From assembly GCF_009914755.1 (NCBI RefSeq), contig NC_060926.1: a DNA stretch of 64,000 nucleotides. One strand, given 5' to 3'. The notes under the pieces are model-generated. The model saw only the letters and a program-made list of their open reading frames with translations, had not been told where the DNA came from and did not search any database. This document shows positions 32,393-45,079 of the stretch, in pieces. The number at the start of each line of letters is the position of its first letter. The first letter of the stretch is position 1. This DNA comes from the human T2T-CHM13v2.0 reference genome, Homo sapiens. The translations under genes were made by a program, and so were the position numbers.

Positions 32393-35300
32393 CCATGTCC
32401 ACTTTTTCTGACATTGTATCAGGCACTGAGGTAGCCGAATAGATGAACTGATGTAAGAATTGAAAAATAACAATTAAAACTTTATTATTAATAGATGATT
32501 TTAGAAGATGTAAACCAAATAATATGAAGACAAAATATTTAAATTGGTGAGTTTAGCAAGTTTTCAAGTTTTAAAAATCCAAAAAAATCAAATAAACACT
32601 ATTTTTAAAGACAACATTTACTACAGCATCAAAAAATTGCATAACTAAAAATAAATATAAAAACAGGAGGTTTTAATTTCTTTCACAAATTGACTTATAG
32701 ATTTAAAATATTCCTAATAAAAAATTCAATAGGATTCCAGACCTCAGAACTTCCTTCAACACATGATGGGTATGACAAGTAATTAAGGAATAAAACTTTT
32801 TTTTTTTGTGACTGCAGAAAATTATTGTGTATTGGGAAGAACCATGAATCTTGTTAGTTGGTTTATTTATTTTTAAAAAATGGTATGTAGCATGTGCTAA
32901 ACTCTGTGTTTTAAATTTTGAAGACACTGGTTTCAGCATTCATTATGGGCATAATTTAGTAGAAAAATTACTTAATTTCTCGAAATTCCTGTCATCCTCT
33001 TAAAATTAGCTTGTGTGTATGGTTGAGTGTAAATTCAGATTATGGATAAGTTTACTGTATAATTTACTGACTCAAATAGCATCTTTTGAGAGTGAGAGTG
33101 AGTACTGTTCTAAAGCACACGGGTATAACAGGGAGAATTAGTGCTCCTAATTAAAGAAGAACTTCATAAAATTCCTAGAGCTTGAGTAGGTATTTGAATC
33201 TCTATCCCATCCACCTACTTGACTTATGAGACAGCATAGACTGTGACCCACCATTCTTCCCTTAATTATTTGCAATGTGTTAAACTACAGGTTCATCTCT
33301 TTGGGGTTGCATCTCTCATGCAAAATCCATTGGAAGGGACTTTCAAAGATAATCTTCTCAAGTCATTAATGACTTTATATGAATGCATTTATTAAACAAT
33401 CACTTGGAAAAGCCCTGTAGAAATAGGGGGAAAAAAGTAACGTGTGGTAGGCAAGTTAGAAAGAAAAGTGAGGGAGATGAACGGTATAAGTGAGGGTGAG
33501 GTATAGTCAGTTGTACATCTAAGGAGAGGTGCGGGAAGCCTTAGGACCTCAGTGTGCTGGAGGAGGTTCACAACCTCAGTATGGGGATCACACTTTGATA
33601 GGGTTATTGAAGTAGTAGGATGCAGACTAACCCTTTTACATTAACATCACACATTATAGAAATATTGGTTTTGGCTTTTGCATTGGATGTACGGGACGTG
33701 GCATTTGAGGGTCTCTCTGGTTGCAAAGCCTGTTTTCACACCCTCACATGACAAGCTAAGACTCGGCATGGAAGAAAGAAAAGAGACTTGGCAGGGATAG
33801 GGAGCACGGCCATGTGGTCATGACTACTGCTTTGCTAAGTGATGCTAGCTAGAATTTCATATCAACATTTTCTCATTTTCTCACTGGCCCCACCTCTCTC
33901 TTACATAAGGTTATTAAGAAGACTAATTAGATAACACCCATAAAATTCCTTTGCTCCTTAGAGAAGGTTTTTATATTAATCCTTGTCATTATTATTCAAA
34001 GAATATTGAAACTCATTGCAGATTAAAGTAATTTTGAAGAACCACACAGACTACAATTTACCATCCAAATGGACAAATACAAACTCAATATTTCCTTATC
34101 TTTTATTCTTATCTCAGTGCCTATCCTAATTTTGTAACACTGCAGGAAAGGCAAAACAACCTCACTTTTGAATATTAAATTCATTTGCTTGCTTGAATTT
34201 TAGCAACTGCTTGCATAGAAAAGACTTCGTAAAAATTAAATAGCTAAATTACTTGAGGTTAGTTAAGATCAGCAGCTTCCACCTAAGGGGAAGAATTGCT
34301 CATCAGAAAAAATGCCTTCTACCAACTTTTCTTGTCCTGTTCTCCTGTAAAAATTTTGTAGATCTCCAAAATCTTCTCTGTTAAAGCCTTTTTGTGTCTA
34401 TCCCAGACATCTAAAGCTTTATCTCTTCTGAACTCATGTGTAGTGGATGAGTTCCCTCAGATACCCCAGTAAAAGTACTTTTTGCCTAAGATGATGAAGA
34501 AAAAACCAGACAATAAAAAGGACACTTTGGGTCCATTTTCATCCTTGGCCACCACACTGCTCCCTACTCCCTACTCCCTGTTTAACACTATGGGATGAAA
34601 GTCAGTAGATCTTGGAACCCATAGTATTTTTTTCTCGTTCTTCAAACAATTTTGCCATTATAAATTGCAAGAAACCATGATACCTATCTTTACATAGGTT
34701 TCTGAAAACTACTAAGGTACTTAATTATTTGAGAAATTATGTATGTTGAATTTCTAGAGTAGATATTGTTTATTTTGAACCCACAATCTGGTGTGTGTGT
34801 GTGTGAGATCCCATTTTTCTGTATTACCTTCTGGATTGGAAGACCAATTAGGACTATGATTTTCTACCCTAACACATAGTAGGTGACAAATTCAGTTTTT
34901 ATTGAGTGAATAAGTAAGGAAACAAAATGTTTAAATATGAAGTTGCCTCACAGAATTTCCTACAAGTCTTGTTAACTTAAGTATTCTCTGAAAACTCAAC
35001 TCTTCGTGGATAGCGTTTGTAATAACGGCAAGGATGAATAAATAACACTTATTGATTAGATGAACATCATTAGTCTTGCAACTAGTTGTATAACTGTATG
35101 GATTGTTTCTCTCATAGGAAATTTAAACTATGTATGGATTTAGGATCCCCATAGCCTACAGCTCCATAACTTAAGCTCTAAACAGTTGGGCATTGTTTTT
35201 CAATGTGATTTTCTTTTTATTTGCTACAGTTAGCCCTCAGTAAAGGTCATTCAATAAGTATAACTAGTTGCTAACTCTAAAATTTATTTGAAAATAGTAT

Positions 35301-35669
35301 TTGAAGTATGTTACTAAAATTAATAAAACAAGCATCTTTAAGCCTTATTAGTTTTTATATTGTTCTCCAAATACATTGGACCGAACATTACAGGACCTAG
35401 TTTATATAAATATGTTCTATATTATTACATAGGTCTATATAATTCCATAGGTCTCTCTATGTATAATTATATAAACTAAGTCTCTATAATGTAACAACAC
35501 ATATGCTACAGGTCTTGCCTAGCAAATCTATGAAAATATTTCAGTTTGTATACTGACTAGGGCCAATTTGAAACTTCCAAAAATTTAGAGAATGACTATG
35601 TTGTTAAATGCATAGGATAAAAAGAAATAGACTGCGTAATTGGTAAATCCTCCTAGTAGTAAGTAATTT

Positions 35670-36010
35670 ACATTACATATTTAATCTGTATTCTAAAAGT
35701 ATAGCAAAGATATCGAGTACTATAATTAATTCCTGTTTCACTCCAGCTTTAAAATAAAATATTACCAATTTAGCTTTGGTACATGATTCCCCTCCTGGTT
35801 GCATCAGTTGTGCTTCTTTCAAGTGATGGCCAGTACCTGAAGTTGATTTTATTATTCCTATGTATATGTATACATTTTTATTATACATATACACATCTGT
35901 ACATACATAACATATGTAAAAATTATATATTGTCTCTCTTGTTTTGCATGTTTATCTAAATGGTGCATTACTGATATATTTTTCCCACTTGCTTTTCTCA
36001 GTCAAATTGA
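35670..36010 (-). mobile_element. L1ME-type 3' fragment
   Basis: tttatctaaatggtgcattactgatatatttttcccacttgcttttctcagtcaa. Confidence 0.5.
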
Positions 36011-36599
36011 ATTTCATGATAGAGATGAAAATAAAATACATTTACCATATCAGTAGTTACATAGCAAATGGCACATGCCATATTAATACATTTGAATAAA
36101 TATTCATCACGTGCTTTTGGTGTTACAACTTGTAGTAAGAAGAAGTTTTAGTTTCCTGTCATCGGATCTTTGAAGGCATTAAAAGGGAACTGACTACGGT
36201 TGTAATGGAGACCACTACACTAATTATGAGTGTTTTAGAACGGAACTCATTCTCACTCTCAAAAGAGTAGCTTTTTGAGTCAATAAATTTTATAGTGAAT
36301 TTATCTTTAATCCGAATTTATACTCAAACACGCACATGAGCTAATTTTAAAAATGATGACAGGAATTTTGACAAATTATTTTTGTGCTAAATTATACACA
36401 TAATGAATGCTGAAGCCAGTATTCAAAATGTAAAGCACAGTGCTTAGCACATGGTACATAGCATAGACTTTTTTAAAATAAGCGAACAGACTGACTAGAG
36501 TTATGGTCCTTCCCACTACACAATAACATCACATTGCACCGTCAGAAGGGATTAAAATTTCTGCAGTAACAGAACAACAAAGTTTTATTTTATTAATTT

Positions 36600-36914
36600 T
36601 ATTCTTTTCTTTTTTTTTTTTTTTCTTTTATTTAGACAGAGTCTCGCTCTTGTCTCCCAGGCCGGAGTGCAGTGGCCTGATCTCGGCTCACTGCAAGCTC
36701 CGCCTCCCAGGTTCATGCCATTCTCCTGCCTCAGCCTCCTGAGTAGCTAGGACTACAGGTACCCGCCACCACGCCCTGCTAATTTTTTGTATTTTTAGTG
36801 GAGACGGGGTTTCACCGCGTTAGCCAGGATGGTCTCGATCTCCTGACCTCGTGACCTGCCTGCCTCAGCCTCCCAAAGTGCTGGGATTACAGGCGTGAGC
36901 CACCGCACCCGGCC
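36600..36914 (-). mobile_element. AluY
   Basis: Diagnostic ctgcaagctccgcctcc, gccattctcc and ttagccaggatggtctcgatctcctgacctcgtga; CpGs retained; T tail. Confidence 0.95.
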
Positions 36915-37190
36915 AAAATTTTATTTCTTAATTACATGTCATACCCATCAAGTGTTCAGGGAAGATATGAGGTCTGGAATCCTACTGGATTTTTACTAGG
37001 AATATTTTTAATCCATAAGTCAATTTGTAAAATACATTTTAAGTACATTCTATTTTTAGATTTATTTTTTAGTTCTGCAGTGTTTTTGATGTTATGGCAA
37101 ATGTCTTTAAAAGTAGTGTTTATTTGATTCTTTAATTTTTTTAATCTAAAAAACTTGCTAAACTCACCAAATTAATTTTTTGTTGTTGTT

Positions 37191-37342
37191 GTCTAAACAG
37201 CGACTTTTATTGACGCGGCAGTGCACAGCGACAGAGGTGCTGCTTCTTGTAGAGCAGGGCTACCCCATAGGCGGTGTGCCCAGAGTAACATTTCAGAGGC
37301 GGTTTTATAGTCATAGTTATATCTACTTTTAATTATATGCAA
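37191..37342 (-). mobile_element. ERV1 LTR fragment (MER31/MER67-like) ending at AATAAA and A-tail; probable L1 3' transduction
   Basis: gcttcttgtagagcagggctaccccataggcggtgtgcccagagta; tttatt 37206-37211; T-rich tail 37176-37190. Confidence 0.6.
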
Positions 37343-38307
37343 TTTTTTAAAAATTATACTTTAAGTTTTGGGGTACATATGCAGAACGTGCAGAATTTGT
37401 TACATAGGTATACACGTCCCATGGTGGTTTGCTGCACCCATCAACCCATCATCTACATTAGGTATTTCTCCTAATGCTATCCCTCCCCCAGCCCCCTATC
37501 CCCCCACAGGCCCCAGTGTGTGATGTTCCCCTTGCTGTGTCCATGTGTTCTCATTGTTCAATTCCCACTTTTGAGTGAGAACATGTGGTGTTTGGTTTTC
37601 TATTCTTGTGTTAGTTTGCTGAGAATGATGGTTTCCAGCTTCATCCATGTCCCTGCAAAGGACATGAATTCATCCTTTTTTATGGCTGCATAGTATTCCA
37701 TGGTGTATATGTGCCACATTTTCTTTATCCAGTCTATCATTGATGGGTATTTGGGTTGGTTCCAAGTCTTTGCTATTGTGAATAGTGCCACAATAAACAT
37801 ATGTGTGCACGTGTCTTTATAGTACAATGATATGTAATCCTTTGGGTATATACCCAGTAATAGGATTGCGGGGTCAAATGGTGTCTCTGGTTCTAGATCC
37901 TTGAGGAATCACCACACTGTCTTCCACAATGATTGAACTACTTTACACTCCCACCAACAGTGTAAAAGTGGTCCTGTTTCTCCACATCCTCTCCAGCATC
38001 TGTTGTTTCCTGACTTTTTAGTGATTGCCCTTCTAACTGGTGTGAGATGGTAGCTCATTGTGGTTTTGATTTGCATTTCTCTAATGACCAGTGATGATGA
38101 GCTTTTTTTCATGTGTTTGTTGGCTACATAAATGTCTTCTTTTGAGAAGTGTCTGTTCATATCCTTATCCCACTTCTTGATGGGGTTGTTATTTTCTTGT
38201 AAATTTGTTTAAGTTCTTTGTAGATTCTGCATATTAGCCCTTTGTCAGATGGATAGATTGCAACATTTTTCTCTCATTTTGTAGGTTGCCTGTTCAATCT
38301 GATGGTA
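37343..38307 (-). mobile_element. 5'-truncated L1PA7-like LINE-1
   Basis: ttatactttaagttttggggtacat...gctgcacccatcaacccatcatctacattagg; ORF2 C-terminus [24 protein letters not shown]. Confidence 0.93.
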
Positions 38308-39559
38308 TTTTGTCTTCATATTATTTGGTTTTCATCCACTAAACGTAATCTATTAATAATAAAAGTTTATTTATTTCCAAGTTTTTGCACATTTAACTTC
38401 ATTTATTTGGCTACTGCACTAACCATGACCTCTAATACAATGTCAAATAAAAGTAAACATGGTCAGCATCATTGTTTCAGTGCAGTGTAAAGGGAATGAT
38501 TTCATCATTTCATCATCAAGTATGATGTTTAGCATACATTTCTGAATACCCTTACCATATGAGTAAAGATACTTTCTGTTCCTGAAATTCTAAGTATTGT
38601 TTTTCTTTTAAAATTAATGAATAAATGAAAATCTTTATCAAATAATTTTCTGCATATATTTTAATATTCATGTAAATTTTTATCTTTGTTGACATTTATT
38701 ACCCCAGTGTATCTCATTTAACTAATTGTATAGTATTCTGTTGTAAAAATAAATAACAATTGATTATCCACTCTCCTCATGGGTATAATGTTGGAGGTAT
38801 ACATACATGCATACATATATATTTCCATATATGAACCTGTACACACATGTACTGTTAAGGTAACATGGTAATTGAGGTACATACCTGTTCTCTTCTTCCT
38901 GTCCCCACCCAAAATGAGAGTGAAATGTTGGCTTTAACTAGTTTTCTTTCTTTCTAGTGAGTTTCAGCAACTTTTCATTAGATTATTGTTAGAATTCCAT
39001 TTTCTGTTAATTACCTATTCACAATATTTCTCTCTGAGACTTATCTTGTTGCTACTGATTTGTAGTGTGTAAATTTATTTTAGATATTGATCCTTCATGT
39101 AATCTAGTGGTTGAAAATAACTTTTTATAGTCTTTGGCTTATCATCCCATTTTTGGCATTTTTTAATGCAGAGAAGTTTATAGACACTCATTATAAAAAA
39201 ATTCAGTTTTCTCGTGGCTTATGTTTTTTGTTTGTTAATTCATTAATTTCTTCCCTATATTAAGATAATAAATGTCTTAAAGTTTTTCTGCTTACTCTGG
39301 TTTTTATTTATATTTAATTTACATGTGTACTTTATATGAAGGATTCCATTATATTTTTCTCAGAATCATTTGTTGAGATTTTACTCAATGATTTCTAAAG
39401 TTATTCTTAATTTACCTAACAAGTTTTCATGAATGAATTTGTCCATCTCTGACCCCTATCTTTTTTTTCATTACTTTGATATTATCAATCACACTGCCAA
39501 ATGTATGATAACTTCATAATTGCATCTTGTTCTTTAACATTTTCATAGCTAATATTTTC

Positions 39560-40050
39560 CACATGTTTAAGAGGTATAATTTATTCACTATAAGGTCACC
39601 CAGTTAAAATGCACAAGTTAGTGGTTTTTCAGTTTTCACAGAGTTGTACAACTATTTAGGTTTAGAACATTTTAATCACCCCCAAAAAGAAGCCTTGTAC
39701 TTGATAACAGTCACATTGCATTCCCCATCACACACAGCCATAGGCTAATATTAACCTTCTTTCTGTCTCTATGGGCTTAACACGTTTTGGATATTTCAAT
39801 ACTCAGATGACACATATCATTTCATGATATAAATGGTATAAAATATGCATCATTTCTGACTGACTTCTTTCATTTAGCATGTTTTCAAGGTTCACAAGTT
39901 TTAGCCTGTATCCATATTTTGCTATTTTTTCCACCCAAAAATATTCCAATATATGGATATATAATATATTGTTAAGCCATTCACCATTCATCAGCTGATG
40001 GACATTTGGGTTGCTTCCATTTGCAGACTATTCTTCATAAGGCTGTGCTG
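39560..40050 (-). mobile_element. L1MB-like 3' end
   Basis: ttcacagagttgtacaacta...cacccccaaaaagaagccttgtac...ctgatggacatttgggttg. Confidence 0.75.
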
Positions 40051-40651
40051 TTAGCTAAACTTGATCCTTCCTTTTTCATATGCAAAATAGACATTGCTTG
40101 AAAAGTTCTATGAAACACTGTAATGTTCTTCATTAAACCTAGTTCACTACATAGGTACATTTTAGAATAATGGATATAATATTGGGTCTTTCATAACAAA
40201 ATATGTGTGTATGTATGTATACACACACACATTTTAATTACATACAAATATATTACATATATATATTTACACACACATATACAAACATTTGAATTTTCTC
40301 TTCAATAAGGGTCATGCACAAATTTTATTAGGTTTATTTATAGGGATTCTATTTTTTATAGCTATTATAAATATATAACTTGAAAATATATTTCTATGAA
40401 TTGATAAAGATATTTAATTTGTATATATTTATCATATATCCAGTAAACCTGCTAACTATACTGCACATTCACCTTTATTAAACTTGTCTTTATACGTGGA
40501 AAATCATAACGTACTCAATTCATGACAGATTTGTTTCTTCCCTCCAAGTTGTCCTTCTGTTATTTACTTGTTGGTCCTGTTAGTTTGGGCAGAGCCTCTA
40601 TTTCCATATTCATAAAAGGAGCAGTGATTATTTCTGAATTTAAAATTATAA

Positions 40652-42248
40652 TTTATGTTTGTTGGTGGCTTTTATGTCTTCTTTTGAGAAGTGTCTATTC
40701 ATGTTCTTTGCTCACTTTTTAATGGGGTTGTTTTTTGCTTGTTGATTTAAGTTCCTTATAGATTATGGATATTAGATATTTGTCAGATGCATAGTTTGTG
40801 AATATTTTCTCCCATTTTGTAGGTTTTTCTGTTTACTTTGTTGAGAGTTTCTTTTGCTAAGCAAAAACTCAGTAGTTCGATTAGGTTCCACTTGTCAACT
40901 TTTGTTTTTGTTGTAATTGCTTTGGGGGACTTAGACAAAAATTTGCTCAAGCCTATATCATGAAGTGTATTTCTTAAATTTTCTTCTAGGACTTCTATAG
41001 TTTGGGATATTCTTTAATCCATCTCGAGTTAGTTTTTGTATATGATAAAAGGTAAGGACCCTGTTTCATTCTTCTGCATTTAGCTAGCCAGTTATCCCAG
41101 AACCATTCATTGAATAGGGAGTCTTTTCCCCATTGCTTGCTTTTGTCACCCTTGTTAAAGATCAAATGGTTATAAGTGTGAGGTTTTATTTCAGGGTTCT
41201 CTATTCTGTTCCATTGGTTATGTGTCTGTTTTTGTACGAATACCATAAGGTTTTGGTTACTATAGCCTTATAGTATAGTTTGAAGTCAGGTAGTATGATG
41301 TCTCAAGCTTTGTTCTTTTTGCTTCAGTTTACTTTTGCTATTCAGGTTCATTTTTGGTTCCATATACATTTTAGAGTTTTCTTCTAATTTTATGAAGAAT
41401 GATAGTGGTAGTTTGATAGGAAGAGTGTTGAATCTGTAAATTGCTTTAGATTGTGTCCATTTTAGAAAATACTCATCATCACTAATAATCAGAGAAATTC
41501 AAATCAAAACCACAATGAGACAGCATCTCTTACCAGTCAAAATGACTATTGTTAAAAAGTAAAAAACAAACAAACAACAACAACAACAACTAAAAAAAAA
41601 ACAGATGCTGGTGGTGAACCTATGGAGAAAGGGGAATGCTTATACACTGTTGGTGGGAATGTAAATCAGTTTGATCACTGTGGAAAGCACTTTGGGAATT
41701 TCTCAAATAACTTAACACAGGTACCATTTGACATAGCAATTCTGTTACTTGGTATATACATATACCCAAAGGAAAATAGAACATTATACTAAAAAGACAC
41801 ATGTATTGTACATTCATCACAGCGCTATTCACAAGAGCAAAGACATGGAATCAACCTAGCTGCCTATTAAGGGTGGATTTGATAAAGAAAATGTAGTGCA
41901 CACACACCGTGGAATACTACACAGTCATAAAAAAACAATGACGTTATATCCCTTGCAGCAACTTGGATGGAGCTGGAGGCCATTATCCTAAGTGAGTTAA
42001 TGCAGGAACAGGAAACAAAATACAGCATGTTCTCACAGGAGCTAAACACTGAGCAGCCGTGGACATAAACTATAGGAACAATAGTTACTACAAACTACTA
42101 GAGGTAGGAGGTGGGAGGAGGACATGAGTGAAAAAACTACCTCTTGGGTACTGTGCTCACTACCTTAGTACAATGTACTCAGGTAACAAAACTGCACATG
42201 TAACCTCTGTATCTAAAATAAAAGTTGAGAAAAAGAAAAAAACAACAA
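40652..42248 (+). mobile_element. L1PA16/17-like LINE-1 with 5' inversion (inverted part 40652-~41460 on minus; 3' part ~41467-42248 on plus)
   Basis: Minus part starts at rc of ccaacaaacata and plus part starts aaaatactcatcatcact, adjacent in the L1 consensus; aataaa and A-tail. Confidence 0.88.
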
Positions 42249-42577
42249 CTTACACTCTTCTACCATGTATGATTTGCAGACAAACTTTATCATGTCAAGG
42301 ACATTTTCTACCATTCCTAGTTTGCTAAGGGTTCTAAAACTAATAGGTACTGAAATAGGCCAAATACATTTCCTAAATTTATTCAGAAAATTTTGTGACT
42401 TTCCTTTAATTCATAATGGTATGAACCTCAATAGATTTCATAATGTTATACAATTTTTGCATTTCTGGAAACTTGACTTTCTCATGTGACATTGTTTATA
42501 CATTACTGAATTTTGGCTGCTGATTATATAGAAATATTTACATCTACACTTATGGGTTGAAGCAGCATATAAATATA

Positions 42578-42619
42578 TTAGATTGGTGCAAAACTGCAAT
42601 TAATTTTGCACCAACCAAA
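42578..42619. mobile_element. MADE1 (Hsmar1-derived MITE), internally deleted
   Basis: TA-flanked ttagattggtgcaaaa...ttttgcaccaaccaaa. Confidence 0.85.
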
Positions 42620-44027
42620 TAGAATTTGAAAGATTTTGAGAGCATGCCCTTTGTTTTAGTTATTTTATGACCCTACAGGGCTTCTAATGATGGCATTTTC
42701 CTAGTATTTGGGGCTTAGCTTTAAAACAGTATGACTACTTTAGTATTTATAGTTTAATTCATGTGATTTTTTTATCATTGACCAAGTTTTGGTAATTACA
42801 TGTTTTTAGGGAATTGCCATTTTTAGGATTTTTCAAATGTCTTGGTATATTTCTATGCTTATAACTGGGTTTTAAAAAAAAATTAGTACAGTTAAAATTG
42901 ACTTCATTTTAGATAAAATGTATGTGTGTGTGCACATCACTCTGTTTCTTTGTCTTCAACTCTTTCTATTGCTTTTTAATCAAAATTTTCAGAAGTGTAC
43001 AATTTCATTTGTCATTTTTAAATTAGTCTTCAGTGAAATATAAAAACATTTGGCTTTGTTTATCATTTCCGTTTTATGATTATTTTTGAGAGTTGAGTTA
43101 TTACGTGAAGAAGTACAATTGGAGGCTCCTAAAACTTCCTCCATTTCACCACTGTAGCAAATCAAAAGCAACATTTTATCCCAGGAATAATGCCATGAAA
43201 TACTCCATCATCAAAGAATTCTACTACAAGTACAGTGGTCTCCATTTTAATTATAGTTAGTTTCCATTTAATACTTTCAAAAATCCAATGGCAAGAAACT
43301 AAAACTTATTACTGCAAGGTGTTAATTTTAACACCAGTAGTGGGGGATGAATGTTTGTATCAATATGTTAGTAAAGTACCTGGCATTTGCTGTGAAACTA
43401 CTGATAAGGTGAATGCATTTTATTTTCAATCTCTATCACTGAAGGGGATCAAAAGCTGTTTGCATCCTTCGCATATGCATTCATATGTGAAGGATGACAG
43501 TACACATTTATTATCTAGACCCAGAGTGAGGTCAACTCTCTTGTTCTCTGTCATAAGAGTATCAAAATAACCAATAATGATATTTAACTTCAATACTACT
43601 AATAAGAAATAAAACTAAAATGATAATTTAATGCAACTTTAGCCCATCCAGCTGGTAAAAGTGCAGAGAGAATACAGGGCTGTTGATGATATCGTCACTC
43701 TCATTTATTGCTTACGGAAATGACAACACAGTTTTGGGGGATTATTTAAAAAATGAAAGACGTAGTCATGAAGTATTCTCTTTGATGTGGAAATTCTTAG
43801 TATTTAATTATAGATAACCAAATCTTAAGACGTAAAAAATGAAGTATAGGAAAATGCAAGCTGACTAAGACTTAAGCATTCTGGATTCAGTTTGCACTCT
43901 GAGCACAAATTAAGTATAGTATAACTCTATCAATCCAATCTGCAAAAGTGAAAAGAAAAAATCAGACAAGCCATGACATGGAAGTCCTAAATGTGTGGAT
44001 CAATTTTATTTCATTAAAAAAAAAGGA

Positions 44028-44317
44028 TTTTTTAGAAACTAGATCTCACTCAGTTGTCCAGACTGTAGTGCAGTGGTGCGATTATAGCTCACCGCAGCCT
44101 CCAATTCCTGAGTACAAACAATCCTCCCACCTCTGCCTCCCAAGTACCTGGGACTATAGGAATGCATCAATGGCCCTTGTTAATTTATTGTATTTGTTTG
44201 TAGAAACAGGTCTCAATTTTTTGCCCAGGCTGGTCTTGAAATCCTACGTTCAAGTGATCTGCCATCCATGGCCTCCCAAAGTGTTGGGATTACAGGTGTG
44301 AATCACTGCATCCAGCC
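44028..44317 (-). mobile_element. AluJ
   Basis: gattatagctcaccgcagcctcc...caatcctcccacctc; strongly diverged. Confidence 0.9.
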
Positions 44318-44320
44318 TAA

Positions 44321-44689
<369 letters not shown>

Positions 44690-45079
44690 TGTGCAGTTAT
44701 TTTTATTGCAAAATTGCTTCAGTGGCAAAAACAACATAAAACCATAAAACCTGAAAACCTTCTGAACATCCAATTTTATAATATATTTTAGTTATGAAAA
44801 TTGAGATTTGTCTTTGACTATTACCTTGTAGCATTGCCCCTGCTGTATCATTAGGCAAAATGATTAAGCAGCAAGATTATTTAGTAATGCAACTCTATAT
44901 TTAAAAATAAAAACAAGCCATAATAAAACCTTTTTTATCTCTGTGACTATATATGCACAAGCTTGAGCAAAGATGTCAAAGAATGCATTCCAAATTCTTA
45001 ATAATTAGTTCGAAGAAAGTTAAGATTGTTGTGTTTATACATCAATGTATTTAAATTTTCTATTAAGTTTGATTGATTG

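Larger units (their letters stand above)
28660..32735 (+). mobile_element. Very old L1M (L1ME-like) ORF1-ORF2 remnant with two Alu insertions
   Basis: A-rich; actgacttctcaacag, gatatcagacaaagcaagctttaag, aaatattagcaaatcaaat, cacaaattgacttatagattt. Confidence 0.7.
36950..43080 (-). mobile_element. Fragmented ancient L1M (L1ME-like) antisense host(s) interrupted by younger elements
   Basis: T-rich antisense ORF2-like pieces at about 36950-37175, 38308-39550, 40050-40650 and 42250-43080. Confidence 0.55.

Noticed and set aside
32737-32800. About 60 bp unassigned segment containing atgatg beside a T-run, considered as a second snoRNA copy
   Set aside because: No box D, terminal stem or TSD
43091-43175. 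Possible minus-strand exon (GEMEEVLGASNCTSS)
   Set aside because: Acceptor is plausible but the donor is weak and nothing else supports it
43463-43496. Resemblance of the hairpin arm to miR-448 (catatgtaggatg)
   Set aside because: Only a short gapped similarity; the precursor context does not match
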